A DNA stretch of 64,000 bases from Raillietiella orientalis. Taxonomy: Eukaryota. Shown piece by piece: positions 50,800-62,309 of the stretch (positions within the stretch are counted from its first letter, which is position 1; each line of letters opens with the position of its first letter). A program made the translations under genes and the position numbers. The stretch covers positions 6,510,001 through 6,574,000 of the forward strand of contig JAYWIR010000003.1 of assembly GCA_036172245.1 (NCBI GenBank), read 5' to 3'. Under the pieces are notes generated by a model that ran no database searches, had not been told where the DNA came from, and saw only the letters and a list, made by a program, of their open reading frames with translations.

Positions 50800-52300
50800 G
50801 AAAACGAAGGAGACCGTGCGGCCTTCTTCGGTCTTGAAGAACTAATGCCTTTCTTTCCCACGGATTCTTTGGCAGCGGACAAGAGTCGTCAAGATGACAG
50901 GGTAGACTGCCTCTAGAAGAAACGATGCCTCCGTCATAAAAGAGGTGTCTCCAATTCGGACCCTCCAGAGCGATGGCTGGAAAGGCAAGTAGGCATTCCA
51001 TCCTCAAGGTTTGACGTCGTCGATCCGGTCCACTGCCCTGAGAAGCCTGAGGAAGGCAAGGGCAAAGAACTGATGGTCAAGGTATCGGGGTGGGGTGCAA
51101 AGAGAATGCTTAGGAGAACCTCCGTTCGTTTTTGACTTCACTCTGTTCTCTGTTGCTATTACTCCAGCAGCTGTTCCTCCACGGGCAGTAAAGAGGCACG
51201 CAGGAGGGCGAGAAGGGAAGGGAAGTGGGTAGCGAAGGGCATGGCAAGCTGCTGCTGACCAGCTGAGGCACCGACGGAGAGGCACTCTTCCCGTTCCTTC
51301 CCCTTCAGAATGTATCGCCGTTACCTTCGATAGAGGGGCCGATTGATGGAGAAGAGGGCTTGGGATAACGGAGAGACTCATTTTCGGTGCCTGCCATTTG
51401 TGAGCGGCAGAGGGAAGAGGTCGCCAACACAACTACCATCCTATCTTTCTCCTTCTACTTGCCTTTGTCCCTCCGGTACCCGTTTTACCGGGATGGCTTT
51501 CCCTTCCCTTACTTTGTCTGTATATGACTTCTTAGGAAAGTAGCAGAGACCCCCGGTAGGAAAACCTTTCCGAGATTCAGCACATAACTGCCCTTCCCGA
51601 ATGCCATCCCCCCCCCCCCGCACTTGACCTGCCCAGCAGCGGTCACTCTCTCCTTGCTTTCTCCCCGTGTGCTTGGGAGTATGGAGATAGAGACAGGTGG
51701 GAGGTGGCTCATGAGCAGGGCACCTAGCTAGGGAGACCGTGAAGTTGAAGTCAGCAAGGGTGGTGGGCAACCGAAGGCTCCCACGCTGGGACCGACCGAG
51801 CTTTCAGGAAACGCATGACGGAAAGAGCGGCAGCTAGAGGGGCTGACCCAGTAAGGGTGAAGATAAGGATGGAATGGTGAGGAGGGTGGGGGGTGGCAGG
51901 CAATAGGTCTCTGGGGTCTCCGATCAAAAGCTCCAGGCTTTGATTTCCAGAATAAAGGCTGGCGGAGAAGGCAGCAGAGACGCATTGCTCCCAGGTGCCC
52001 ATCAAGCCAAGAAGGAGGGCAGGTGAAAAGAGGCTTCACACGGAGGTTCCACTTTGCGTAGCCTGCGGGTATTGCAGGGTGACGGAGAGGTCGGCTCGAA
52101 ACCTCCTGTCGGTACTTCCGAGTCAGGAAAGCGTCGGAACAGAAACTCCACGGAGCGGCTAGCAGAAGCAGCTGCCGGAGATTCCAGCAAAGCGATGCGG
52201 AGACTAACGATCCCCCTGAAAAGGAAAAAATGCCTTTTCCCGCAGATCCTGCGCTGGGGCACCTTCCAGAAGACCAGGGCTTTTGTTTCTCGAATCACGT
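50800..52300 (-). mobile_element. Decayed Penelope-like reverse transcriptase fragment
   Basis: Broken-frame motifs in the expected order: ICGKRHFFLFRG (cf. CL..NYF.F.G), LMG..VSAAFSASLYSG..LELL (cf. AMGSPVS...ANLYM..E), HHSILIFTL (cf. HPSIKFT), FNFTVS..PTCLYLH (cf. F.FSVYRKPT...YLH), CTPPRYLD (cf. ICSP.YLD). No intact YxDD found. Confidence 0.4.
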
Positions 52301-55300
52301 GCAATGTGCTGCTCCTTCACTGCTGACCACACGCTTCCGAAGCCACTGGGTTCCTGAAGGCCAAAGGCACAAGTTGCAACCATGCCCTTCCTCTCTTCGA
52401 ATCTTGAGCATCACCCCGAGAAGACAATCAACGCCAGCTCGCGGAGCTCCGTAGTGTCCACTTTCTCCCGAGTCTCCGGAGAAGAAGAAAAAAAGTTTTT
52501 CCTTCCCCCTCCTTCCCTTCCTCTCTCCAATCTTCCCGACAGATGGTCTCACAGGATCCTTCGTCCCCGAGCCATCCGCTGACCGAAGGGAGGGAGTGGA
52601 GGGGGGGGGGGAGGGAGGGCAAGCCGTCGCGAAAGAGAGAGAGAACGTGCTCTCCCGTGCTCTCAAACGGAGTAACTTGAAGCTGAGGTCTCCGATACCG
52701 GACTCCTGGAGCCGAGAAAGTAGCCGAGCCTTCCGATCTCCGTCGTGGATTCGCTCGAATGGCAAGGCGCGCGCTCGTGACTGGGGTCCGAACCAGGGGC
52801 TCCTCGTGTTCCCGCTTGCATTTTTTTTTTTTTTTTTTTCCTTTCTTTCTTCCTTTTACAGTAGCATCCTGTCTTCGACTTCCCTGTTGCCTAGCTACGA
52901 GAGCTGCTTCCAGTGACGTCTCCCGAGTGAACGCATCCCCAAGAATCTCTTGGAGCGGCATTCTCGATGCTCCTCTCCACCTTGCGATGAGCGACGTGCG
53001 AATTTTCCGTCCGGACGGGGAGCATCGCTGAGATGACACCCCTCCTGAGGGCGCGAACGAACGGATGCTGGGGGCTGCGCTTCTTCCCTTCGCTCGCTCT
53101 TGGCCGAAGAGATTCGAGTGGCCCGCGCCTCGCAGCAGGGCACTTCTCACCTCCGTCCTGCGTCTTGCGCTTCTCTGCGGTAGCTGCGCGGAAGTCCGCT
53201 CCGAACAGCCGAGGTGACCTGACCTCCACGGTCAAGTCACCTAGCCAGCGCGGGGACGCCTTGCGCTTATATCTGCACCGACGCTTCCCCTTTAGCGCTC
53301 CTTCCCTTCCGATTCCAAATTTACAAAAAAAAAAATAAAAATAAAACATGCAAAAACGCTCGCAGGGTTTTAAATTTCTCTCACCCCCCCCCCCCCTCGC
53401 TTTCTAGGAGCACAGTGGGACAGCCTCGGTCCCGTCGGGGCGTCACGCTCTCGGGCGAAATTGCATCTCAGAGAGATCCATTCATCTTCGCATGCATTCA
53501 TCCACGTACTCGGGAACACGGCTTTGAGGAGGGGGGGGGAAGGGGGGAGGAGGGGATGGCTGTTCCAGGAAACCAATCTTCCCAGGAAACGACGCTGCGG
53601 AAGCGTTAAGCGCTGAAGTCATCTCCCACCGCTGTTGGTCTCCCTGCAAGAAGAAAAGAAAGCGAACCACTGCAGTGATCGACACAAAGTGGACCGTTGG
53701 GTGCCCACGGACAACTTTGACCTCCCACGAGCCCTCAACTCCGCGGGTATCCTTTCCTGAACTCGCCGACGTAAATCCCAGCTGAGGACCCAATTAGAGA
53801 ACCTCTAAAAGTTGTCGCGATACCTTTCTGAGGAGCAGAGGGAGTTTGAAGATAAAACGAAATTAAATGGGGGGGGGGGGAAAGAAAAAAGAGAGAGAGA
53901 GAGAGAGAGCACGCCACTTCGAGGATTGCAATTTCTGATTGCCCTTTTTATTTTCGAATGCCTATCTGGAACAAATGGAAAAGTACTTTTGTTTTTATTT
54001 CGATCCATCGCATCCTTTTTGGAGATTCTGACTCTGTCCCCACACATCCAGGTCTTGCCTTCCTTCCTTTTTCTTTTTTTTTTTTCGATGCTTGTGTTTC
54101 ACTTATGTTCAAAAGTCACTCAACGGTTCATTTAAGTTTGGAAAGCAAATGGACAAAGCGGACTGCCACCTTCCTGGAGGGGGAGGAGGGGAGAGGGGGA
54201 GGGGGGGGGGCGCTTTTCAGGAATCGCTTCTTTGAGCTCACTTCCTTCAAACCATTGCCATATCGGTTGAATTTATTTTCTGCGTGAAGGGGGGAAGGGG
54301 AGGGGGAGGGGGGAGAAACGTTAACAAATTCAAAGTACCAACGCAACTAACTTCTCGCCAGAAAAAGTTGCTTTAATAAAAGAGATTACTTACCTTCGCA
54401 ACGGTTAGGTGAATGGGGGCACTGTCCGATGTGAGAAACGAATGGGCGATACCGATGGGCAGCGTCGGCACGTTATCTCTCTTCCGTTTTCGATTCGAAT
54501 TTTGACCCATCGAGACAGAACGCGGGAAGGTACGCTGCCTTTTTTGTCACGCGCGTGCCGGGACCGGAGGGAAGCGTGTCGCGGTAGGCCTGCCCCGGAA
54601 ACTCAGCACAGTGCTGCCACCGTTTCTTTTTTTTTTAAAAAAGTTTCAGATTAAGCGATTGTAGAAAATTGTAGACCGGACACACGGGCGGCTTCGTCGC
54701 AGACGGTGGGTTTCGAAGGGTTCTCGCAGAATGCACCACCACCAGCACCAATAACAACAACAACGGCGTCTCCGCTGTTTGTCTTCTTTTTCTTCACTCT
54801 TTTCCCTCTGTCCTCCTCCAAAAACAGGGCGGTGCACTTGTTGCACGGCTGGCCGTTCCTCGCACTCATGGTGGTCGTGCGCAGCCCTCTTGGTTGTCTT
54901 CAGCTGTCTCGCGGGTTTCCCCGATGTTCGGCCGACGCTAACGGGCTGTCACGGCGCGCTTCCCGCCCGCCGATGGCGCGGCCACGTGGCTCCCGCTCGA
55001 CTCACAGCAAGGCGGCCGCGCCGTTGCACAGATGGTCGCGGCGTTCCCGGACCGGAACAGAAACCGGGACATTGGCGGGGGATGCGAATGATGAGCTTCG
55101 AAAAGTAGTGGGAGTGGGAGAAGAGCCGCGCGGGCCTCGGGAGAAAATCCTAGTGGACGCAGGCTGCCCAGAGAGCAGGGATCGAACCGACTTGGGTTCC
55201 AAACGGGCGAGAAATGTTTCCTTCCATCTATTTTTTTCTAATTTTTCGTTTTTTACTTTATTTTATTTTTATTCACTTTTTTTCTTTGTTTTTGCTGTGG

Positions 55301-56443
55301 TGATTACGCGAGTAGCACCATCTGTACAGCCACAATGTGGACCACGAGCGCCCGTGACAGCGATCTTGAACGGACCTCTGAAGCGTGGAGCGGAAGGAAC
55401 CGCCGCCCCACCCACCCCTCCCCCGCCTGCGGTCTGAGACGGTCTGGGACCGCCGCTTCGGGACCGGGAAAGGAAGGAGGAGGGGGAGGGGGATCCAGAG
55501 GCGGGCAGCTTCCGGCAGCATCCGGGAAGCCGGCGACTCCCCGGCACCGCTGCGCCTCCAGGCGGTCACTTCTCTGAAACGCAGGATGGTGGTGGTGGGG
55601 GTTTTCAGCAAGGGTCGCGCCGGCGCTCCTCCCCCTTCTTCCGTTGCAAGCAGCAGCTCCGGACGACCTGGCGGCGTCTGCTGTTGCGGGAGAGCCACGT
55701 GCGACCAGGAAGCTCGCAGGGGCTGTCCGTTCGTTCTCCATGCATCTGCGTGTCGCGAGGCCTCCGTTTCGCTCGGTAGGGCCGTAGGGGAGGAAGGCAG
55801 GAGGAAAAAAGAAAGGTCTTCTTCCCCAATGCGCCCGTTTTGCCGTCTTTCCTTCTGAGCCGGGGGGGGAGAGGGGCGAGGAACTTGTAGCTTCATCGAG
55901 ACCCCGCGGCACCATACCCCCCTTCACGAGACGTCCGAAGGGGTGTCTTTCCCCCCCCGTCCTCTCCCGAGTATCCAGACACCCTTGGGGAGCTCGCGGA
56001 AGACACTGCAAGGGTCGCCCCGCAGGAGAATTACAAGCTGCTGCGACGGCTGCTCGAAAGAACTGAATGGGGTGGGGGTTGGGAGAATCGAACAGCGTCG
56101 GTCGTCCGGGGGCAAGGCTCCTGACTGCTCCCGTTCCTGCCCATTCCCCAGAGGGAAGGGAAGGAGCGTTGCCTTGGGCAACCTGTTTTCCCTCGGAGGC
56201 GGCAAGGAGGCGCCGACGCTGACGACTCGCAGCAGCTACTGAGAGTCTGGCGCCAGCGGCAGCGAGTGGGGCTTCCGGGAGCAGCGAACGGCGGGCCGGG
56301 GCCCTCGGGTTGGCCTTTGGTGCTCGTCAGCCCTCTGGCCGAAGTCTCACCGGAAGGCACGACCGGGAGGAGGGGTCAGGATGAAGGGAACGAGGCGAAA
56401 GGGGGCGAGACGCCCTTCGTGTCTCCCTCTCCGCCCGTCCACC

Positions 56444-59400
56444 TCACTCGGGGGTCTCCACGAGACGCACCCCTGCAGCAGTGGAAAGAAGGAGGCGGAA
56501 TGGGAAAGAAAGGGAGGAGTCGATGAGGTGCAGAGACTCCATCGCCTCCTCCGTCCAGGTGGAGCTCTCTCGTTGGCAGGCAGTCCCGGGCGGGCGGCGC
56601 AGCGGCAAAGAGGGGGGGAAAGGGGGAAAGTCCTGCCCCAACCACTTTTTCTGACCGCGAGGCGTGCGCGCGCGCTCGACCTCCTCCCTCCCCCCGCCCC
56701 TTGACCTCCGTGCGCGGCACCCCTTGCAGAAGTCCCACTTACTTTCCAGAAGGAGCTGCTGCGGACCAGCGACGGTGGCGACTCTGGCGGCGGCGGCGGC
56801 GAGGAACCTCTTCGGGCCGCTGGGCGACGCCGCCTCCGCCCCTGTTGCTGCTCCTCCTCCCCCGCACGGGTGGTCGGCCTTGCCGGCGGCGGCGCTCTTG
56901 GGCTTGCGCTTCCTCGTCTGGTCGGGTAGGGGAGGGGGCCGGTGAGAGGTGGTGGGGATGGCGGCGAGAGGGACATAGGTGCCCCCTCCCCCCCAGCAGG
57001 AGGCGCGAGCGAGCGGTTCCCCTACCCCCTCACCTGGATGCTCTCCTTCTTCATGGTAATGGGGCGATTGACCCCATGCAGCTTGAAGTACAGCCCGCAT
57101 GCGTTGCAGACGGGCTCGCCCACGGCGTTCCTCCTCCACAGGGACGTGTTGCTGGTCTGGCAGTTGGAGCAGCTGAGGCCCACCCTCCTGGCAGGGGACG
57201 GGGCCGCGCGGAAGAGCAGGGGCGGGGCCCCGGTCCCGGCGGAAGGGGAAAGTAGAGCAGGGGCGGGAGGGGGGAAGACGATGGAGCTCCTGGGAACCGC
57301 AGAGGAGGCGCCGCCGCCGCCCCGCCGGGCGGGCGGGCGCTTGCAGGAGGGACCGCCGCTCTGCTCGGCGGGCCGCGCCCCCGGGAAGCCGTCCAGCAGG
57401 ACGCCGCCGTAGCAGCCCGAGGCAGGCAGTCCTGGGGGAAGAGAGGGTGTCGTCGTGTCCCCGCACCGACAAAGGATGGGGGAGGGGGGGAGGCGGACGG
57501 ACGCGCTCTCACGCGAGCGAGCGACTCCTTCCTTACCCGCCGGCCCTTCCTCAGGAGGGCCCGCAGAGAGAACTTCGTGGTCCACCCGGTGGCGGCGCCA
57601 CCGCTTCGGAGGCGGAAAGGAAGCGACGCTCCGCGCGAGCACGTCCTAGGGAAAGGGGTAGGGGTGAGGGGCGCTTACCTGGAGCGACAAAGGCGCCGCC
57701 GCCCCTCTGGTAGGGCGACGGAGGCGGCGGCGCATCCACGGTGTCCACGACGAACGGCGAGGCGGCGGCCGGCAGGGCGTAGGGGGCGGCGGCCGGCGGC
57801 TGCGGTGCCCAGGAGGCGGCAGCGGCGGCGGCGCAGTCCACATGGACGTCGAATGCCTCGTCCAGGACGCCCATACAGGAGAAGAGGACGCCCGAGGAGA
57901 GCCGGTGGGAGGTGGCGGGGAGTTCCGGGGAGGGAGATGTCCAGGGGGCGCGACCGCCTCCCCCTTTTCCCTCCTCCCCGTCTCCCTCACCGCGGGGCTC
58001 CCGGCGGGGAGACCGGTGGCAGCGGAGGGCGGGGGCGAACGGATCCTCACTGCCTCCGGCCGCTGCCCCTGCCACCTCGGCGTCCCCTTCCACCCCTGCC
58101 GCCACCGCCACCGCCTTGCCCCAGTCGCCCCCGGCGCTCCGCCACGCGGCGAAGGCAGTGGCCGCCGCCACCGCCGCCGCCCCCGCCGTCGCCGCGTCCT
58201 CGCCGTCGCCGTCGTTGGGCCCTTCTGGGTGGGAGAGGGCACTGGGAGACTCCGGGCCGGGGTACCAGGCGAGCAGGTCGCTGCAAGGAGGAGCGGGCGT
58301 AGAAGAGCGAGCGAGCGCAGGGAGTGGGGGGGGGGTGGGGGGAAGGGAAAAGGCCAAAAAATAGGTCGACCCACCTCGTGCCGTAGGGATGGACGTCCCT
58401 GGGGCTACCGTAGGGGACATCCTCCGGGAAGAGGAATGCCTGATGGTGGTGGTGATGGTGGTGGTGGTGGTGGTGCCTGGCGAGGGACTGCTTGGGATCT
58501 TCCAGGGGCGCGTACCGCGCGAAGTCCTCGTGGAAGGGCTGGGGGGGCAGCGGCTGAGCCCCGAAGAAGAGGGCCGAGAAGGCGCCGATGCTGGCGACGG
58601 GAGGCAGCGGCTGGGAGGGCGGCTGCGGGGGGTCTCCCGACGTGCCTTCGGGCTGCTGCTCTGGTGGGGGGCCGGACCGGGCTTGGCCCTCTCCAGGGGA
58701 ACACCTCCGGCCCGCCAGCCCCCCGCCACCGTCGTCGTCTCCCCGGAGAGCCTCCACGGGGAAGAAACAGCACTCGTCCGGCGGGGGTGGCGGGCCGGCG
58801 GGGTCGCAGCAGCCGCAGCAGCAGCAGCCGCCGTGCGCCTCCCGCCGCTCCCCCTGGCGGCCCGGCGGCGGCGAAAAGAAGGGGCCTGCGGAGGGGCCGT
58901 GGACGAGGACGGGGAGGGGAGGCAACTGCTCGGGGGCGCAGCTTGCGCAGCAGCAGACGGTCGGCGGCGGAGGGGCTTTCCGGAGCCCTTCCTGGCTTCG
59001 TCGGGGGACGCCCTGGAGTCCCTCCTCCTCTTCCTCTTCCTCTTCCTCTTCCTCTTCTTCTTCTTCCTCCTCCTCCTCCTCCTCTTCCTCTTCTTCCTCC
59101 TCCTCCTGCTGGACCTCGCCCGCGGTCGAGGATTCCGGGGGAGGCGGCGCTGCCGTGGGGAGGTCCTGCTCGAAGACTGAGGGCGGCAGCGGGGCGGCGG
59201 TGGCGACCGGGGGCTTCACGGCGAGGAGCAGCCCCGCGGGCGGAGGAGGTGGCAGCAGCAGCAGCGACGTGGCGGCGGCGGCGGCGGGACTTCTTCCTTC
59301 TGCTGTCCTGGGCGCCGGGATGCGGGTGGGCGCATCCCCGAAGTGGCGGGCGGTCTTCTGCTGCGGGTGGGCGGGCGACCGACGCGTGCGGCGCGGGCGA

Positions 59401-59459
59401 CGGCGCTCACTGGAAGGACAGGCGGGCGGATGAGCGCCCGACCTTGTTCCGGAGACTCC
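56444..59459 (-). CDS. srp: GATA4/5/6 family transcription factor, serpent-like, single C-terminal finger, start codon unresolved. Exons in transcription order: 59459-58375, 58280-57679, 57431-57034, 56917-56743, 56472-56444 (last acceptor uncertain); candidate upstream exon ends at 60987
   Basis: [59 protein letters not shown] (CSNC, TSLWRRN, MKK.SIQ are serpent-type). GT-AG junctions have phases 2/1/0/1. Upstream exons are GC3-rich with polyE and His11 tracts. Extra small introns inside exons 2-3 cannot be excluded. Confidence 0.82.
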
Positions 59460-61109
59460 CTGGAGGGAGGAAAGCCGGGAGGAGGGGCGGAGGCCGCAGG
59501 GGAAGAGCCGCCGCCGCCGCCGCCGCGCGCCCTCCCTCGCTCCCTCCCTCCAGCCCACCCGCCCGCTAGCCCTCCCGCCCGACTGCCTGCCCTCCTGCCA
59601 GCTAGCCAGCCAGCCAGCCAGCCCGCCCGCCTGCCTGCCTGCCTGCCTGCGAAAATATTTGCCCAGGGAGGGGCGCGGTGGGGTCCGCCGCCGCTGCCGC
59701 ACCCGGACGCAGAACGCCCTCGCATTAAAACAGGCGCTTCCGGCTCCCGACCAAACGTCCGTTTGCCTGCCGCAAACATCGGGCGCGCGTCACCGCGCGG
59801 GAAGGAAGGGAGGAGGAGGAAGCGTGCGCGCGCACGCGCGGGAGGGCGGCGGAGGCGGCGGGGGAGGAAGGAGCGAGGGACCCCTCGCGGCAGTGAGCCC
59901 GCTCTGCGCTTTCCTCCCTTCCCCGCTCCGGGCTTCCCCACCGGGGGTGGAAGAACGGCTGCTGCCAAGGCCAGCTCAGCTCACAGGATATCGTCGCGAA
60001 GCCGCTGCCCGATGAGAGGCCCTGCATTCCCACCTGCCAGATTCCGCCTCCTCTCCCTCCCTCCTTTCTGCTTCCCGCCCTCTTCCTCCCTTCCTCCTCT
60101 TCTCCTACCTCCTCCACCTTTCCTTTCTTCCTCCTGCTCCTCCCGGAAGCCGGAGGAGGAGGCGGCAGTGGGAAAGGCGCACCCGCGACTCTCATCGCCG
60201 CGACGGAGCGATGGGGCGCCGGCCTCCCCTTCGCCCTCGGCTGCTCAGAGAGGGAGGGAGGGGGCCGCTCCCCTCTCCCTCTCGCCCGCAAGACGCTGTC
60301 GCGAGCCGCTCGTTCGTCCGGGAAGCGCCGGCAGGAAGACCACGGGTTGCCATGGAAATGGCCCGGAGGTGGTGGTTGCGGAGCCGCGCGGAGAAGCGAC
60401 GTACGCACCGGAGCGCGCGGGCCGTCTTCGAGACGGCCCGATTCCCGCGCCATCTTGGCCTCCGACCGCAGGCAGGCGGGCACGCGCCGAGCACGTGCTG
60501 CGCGCGACAGGTGCTCCCGCGCTCGCGCGAGGGGAGGGAAGGGGAGGGGGAAGGGAAGGAGGGGAGCCAAGATGTACCCCGCCGCTCCCCCGGCCGTCTC
60601 CCTCCTGATGGTGCCCCTCCGTCTCTCGGCTCGCACCGGGAAAGAGGGCCGAGGAACGCAGCGCGCGCGACCCCTCCGCTCCTTGGAGTCAGGACGCCTC
60701 CAAGGACATCCCCCTCCGGGGTGACCCCTCGGGACCAGGTACGGAGAAGCTGCCCCGGGGAGCCATTTCCGGAGGACGGGCGGACCGCGGGGCGCCTCGA
60801 TCCGTATCCCCGGAAAGGGTGCTGGACCCGGGTCCCTTCCGTCCCCACCCTGTCCGGAGAGGAGGCTTCCCCGGGGATTCGCTTCTTCCCTCCCGGCCCC
60901 TCCCGCGCCCTTCTTTCGCGGCAGGGTGGGGCGGCGGCAGGGCGGGGCGAGGAGGAAGAGCCGACCCTCCCCCGGGAGCGACTCACCTGTCCCCTCTCCT
61001 CTTCCCTTCCTCCTGGCTCCGCTGCCGACTTCTGTGGGCGCTCCGTTCGGCCCTCGACGCCGCGTCCTCCTGGCGGCGGCGGGGGTCGTCGGCGACGAGC
61101 AGGCGCTGC

Positions 61110-61142
<33 letters not shown>

Positions 61143-62274
61143 GGCTGCTGCCCCCGCCGCCCCTTCTACATGGGGAGTCGCGCGCGAGGGGGAGGTCGTG
61201 GCGGCGCCCACGCGTCGCGCCGGGAGAGGCGGGCAGCGGAAGGCGTGCAGGCAGGACGACGGGTGGCCACCGCGCGCGCGCCCGGCTCGCTTCCCGTGAG
61301 CAACTGTGGGCGGGCAGCGGCGGCGGCTCCTCCGACAGGTTCCGCCTTCCGGGGAGCGAGGGAGGGGAGACTCGGGTTTTTCGGGAAAAGAAGGAGCGCG
61401 CGCGCGGCGTCCGCGGCGTCGGCGGCTCGGGCTGGGGCCGCCGCGGCTCCCAGGTCGCGGGGGAGAGCCGTCCGCCCGTCCGCCCGAGGCACGGAGGTGG
61501 AGGAGGAGGAGGAGGATCGACAGCGACGAGGACGACGGCGCGCGCGCGCGCGCATCCGTGTGTCCCCTCCCCTCCCCGCTCCTCCTCCTCCTCCTCCTTT
61601 TGCCGAAGGCGACGCGGGAGGGAGAGCCGCGAGGAATGCCTTCGGAAGCGTCCCGGACCGGGGGGGGGGGGTCTCGCAGAGGGCGCTGCGCGCAGAAGGC
61701 CGGCCGGCCGGCCGGGAAAAGGGACGAGCCAGCAGCGGCCGTCACCTCTTCCGCGAGCGAGCGCGCGTGCGCTCGGTTTCACAACACACACCCGAGAGCA
61801 ACGGCGCGCACCACGCGGTTGCCCAATCCCGTAATGGGAAGCGGCGTGTGCTCGGGGGGCGGGCGGGAAAGCTTTTAGCCGGTGGATAACGCACGGAAGG
61901 GGGGGGGGGGGAGAGGGTAGGCGAGCTGCGGGGTCCATTTTGCATGTCATCCAGCCGCCTTCGCCGCCGAGTACCTGCGCGCGTCTCGGCTCCGTTCGGA
62001 TGATGACGTAACGCCGTCCGAGTTGGTGGCGTCGCCGGGCGATCGCGGGACGGCAAGCCGGCAAAGGAAAAGGGGGGCTTCCGGGAGAAAGAAAGAAGGA
62101 AAGAAGGAAGGGGGGAGAAGGAGGGGGGGGGGGGCTTGCTTGCAGCTTGCTTGCTCGTTCTGTCCCCCGCCCGGCTCCACGGGGTCCCGACGAGAGGTCC
62201 GAAGAACGAGGGGAAACGGAAAAGGAAGCGCACGGAGAGTCCAGCGGAAGTGCGCCCTTGGCCGCTGCTTCTCG

Positions 62275-62276
<2 letters not shown>

Positions 62277-62306
<30 letters not shown>
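62277..62306. repeat. (GT)n microsatellite
   Basis: Directly visible dinucleotide run. Confidence 0.95.

Positions 62307-62309
<3 letters not shown>

Noticed and set aside
57842..59569. 575-aa plus-strand ORF, and similar ones such as 38018-38797
   Set aside because: Antisense shadows of the GC3-rich GATA exons.
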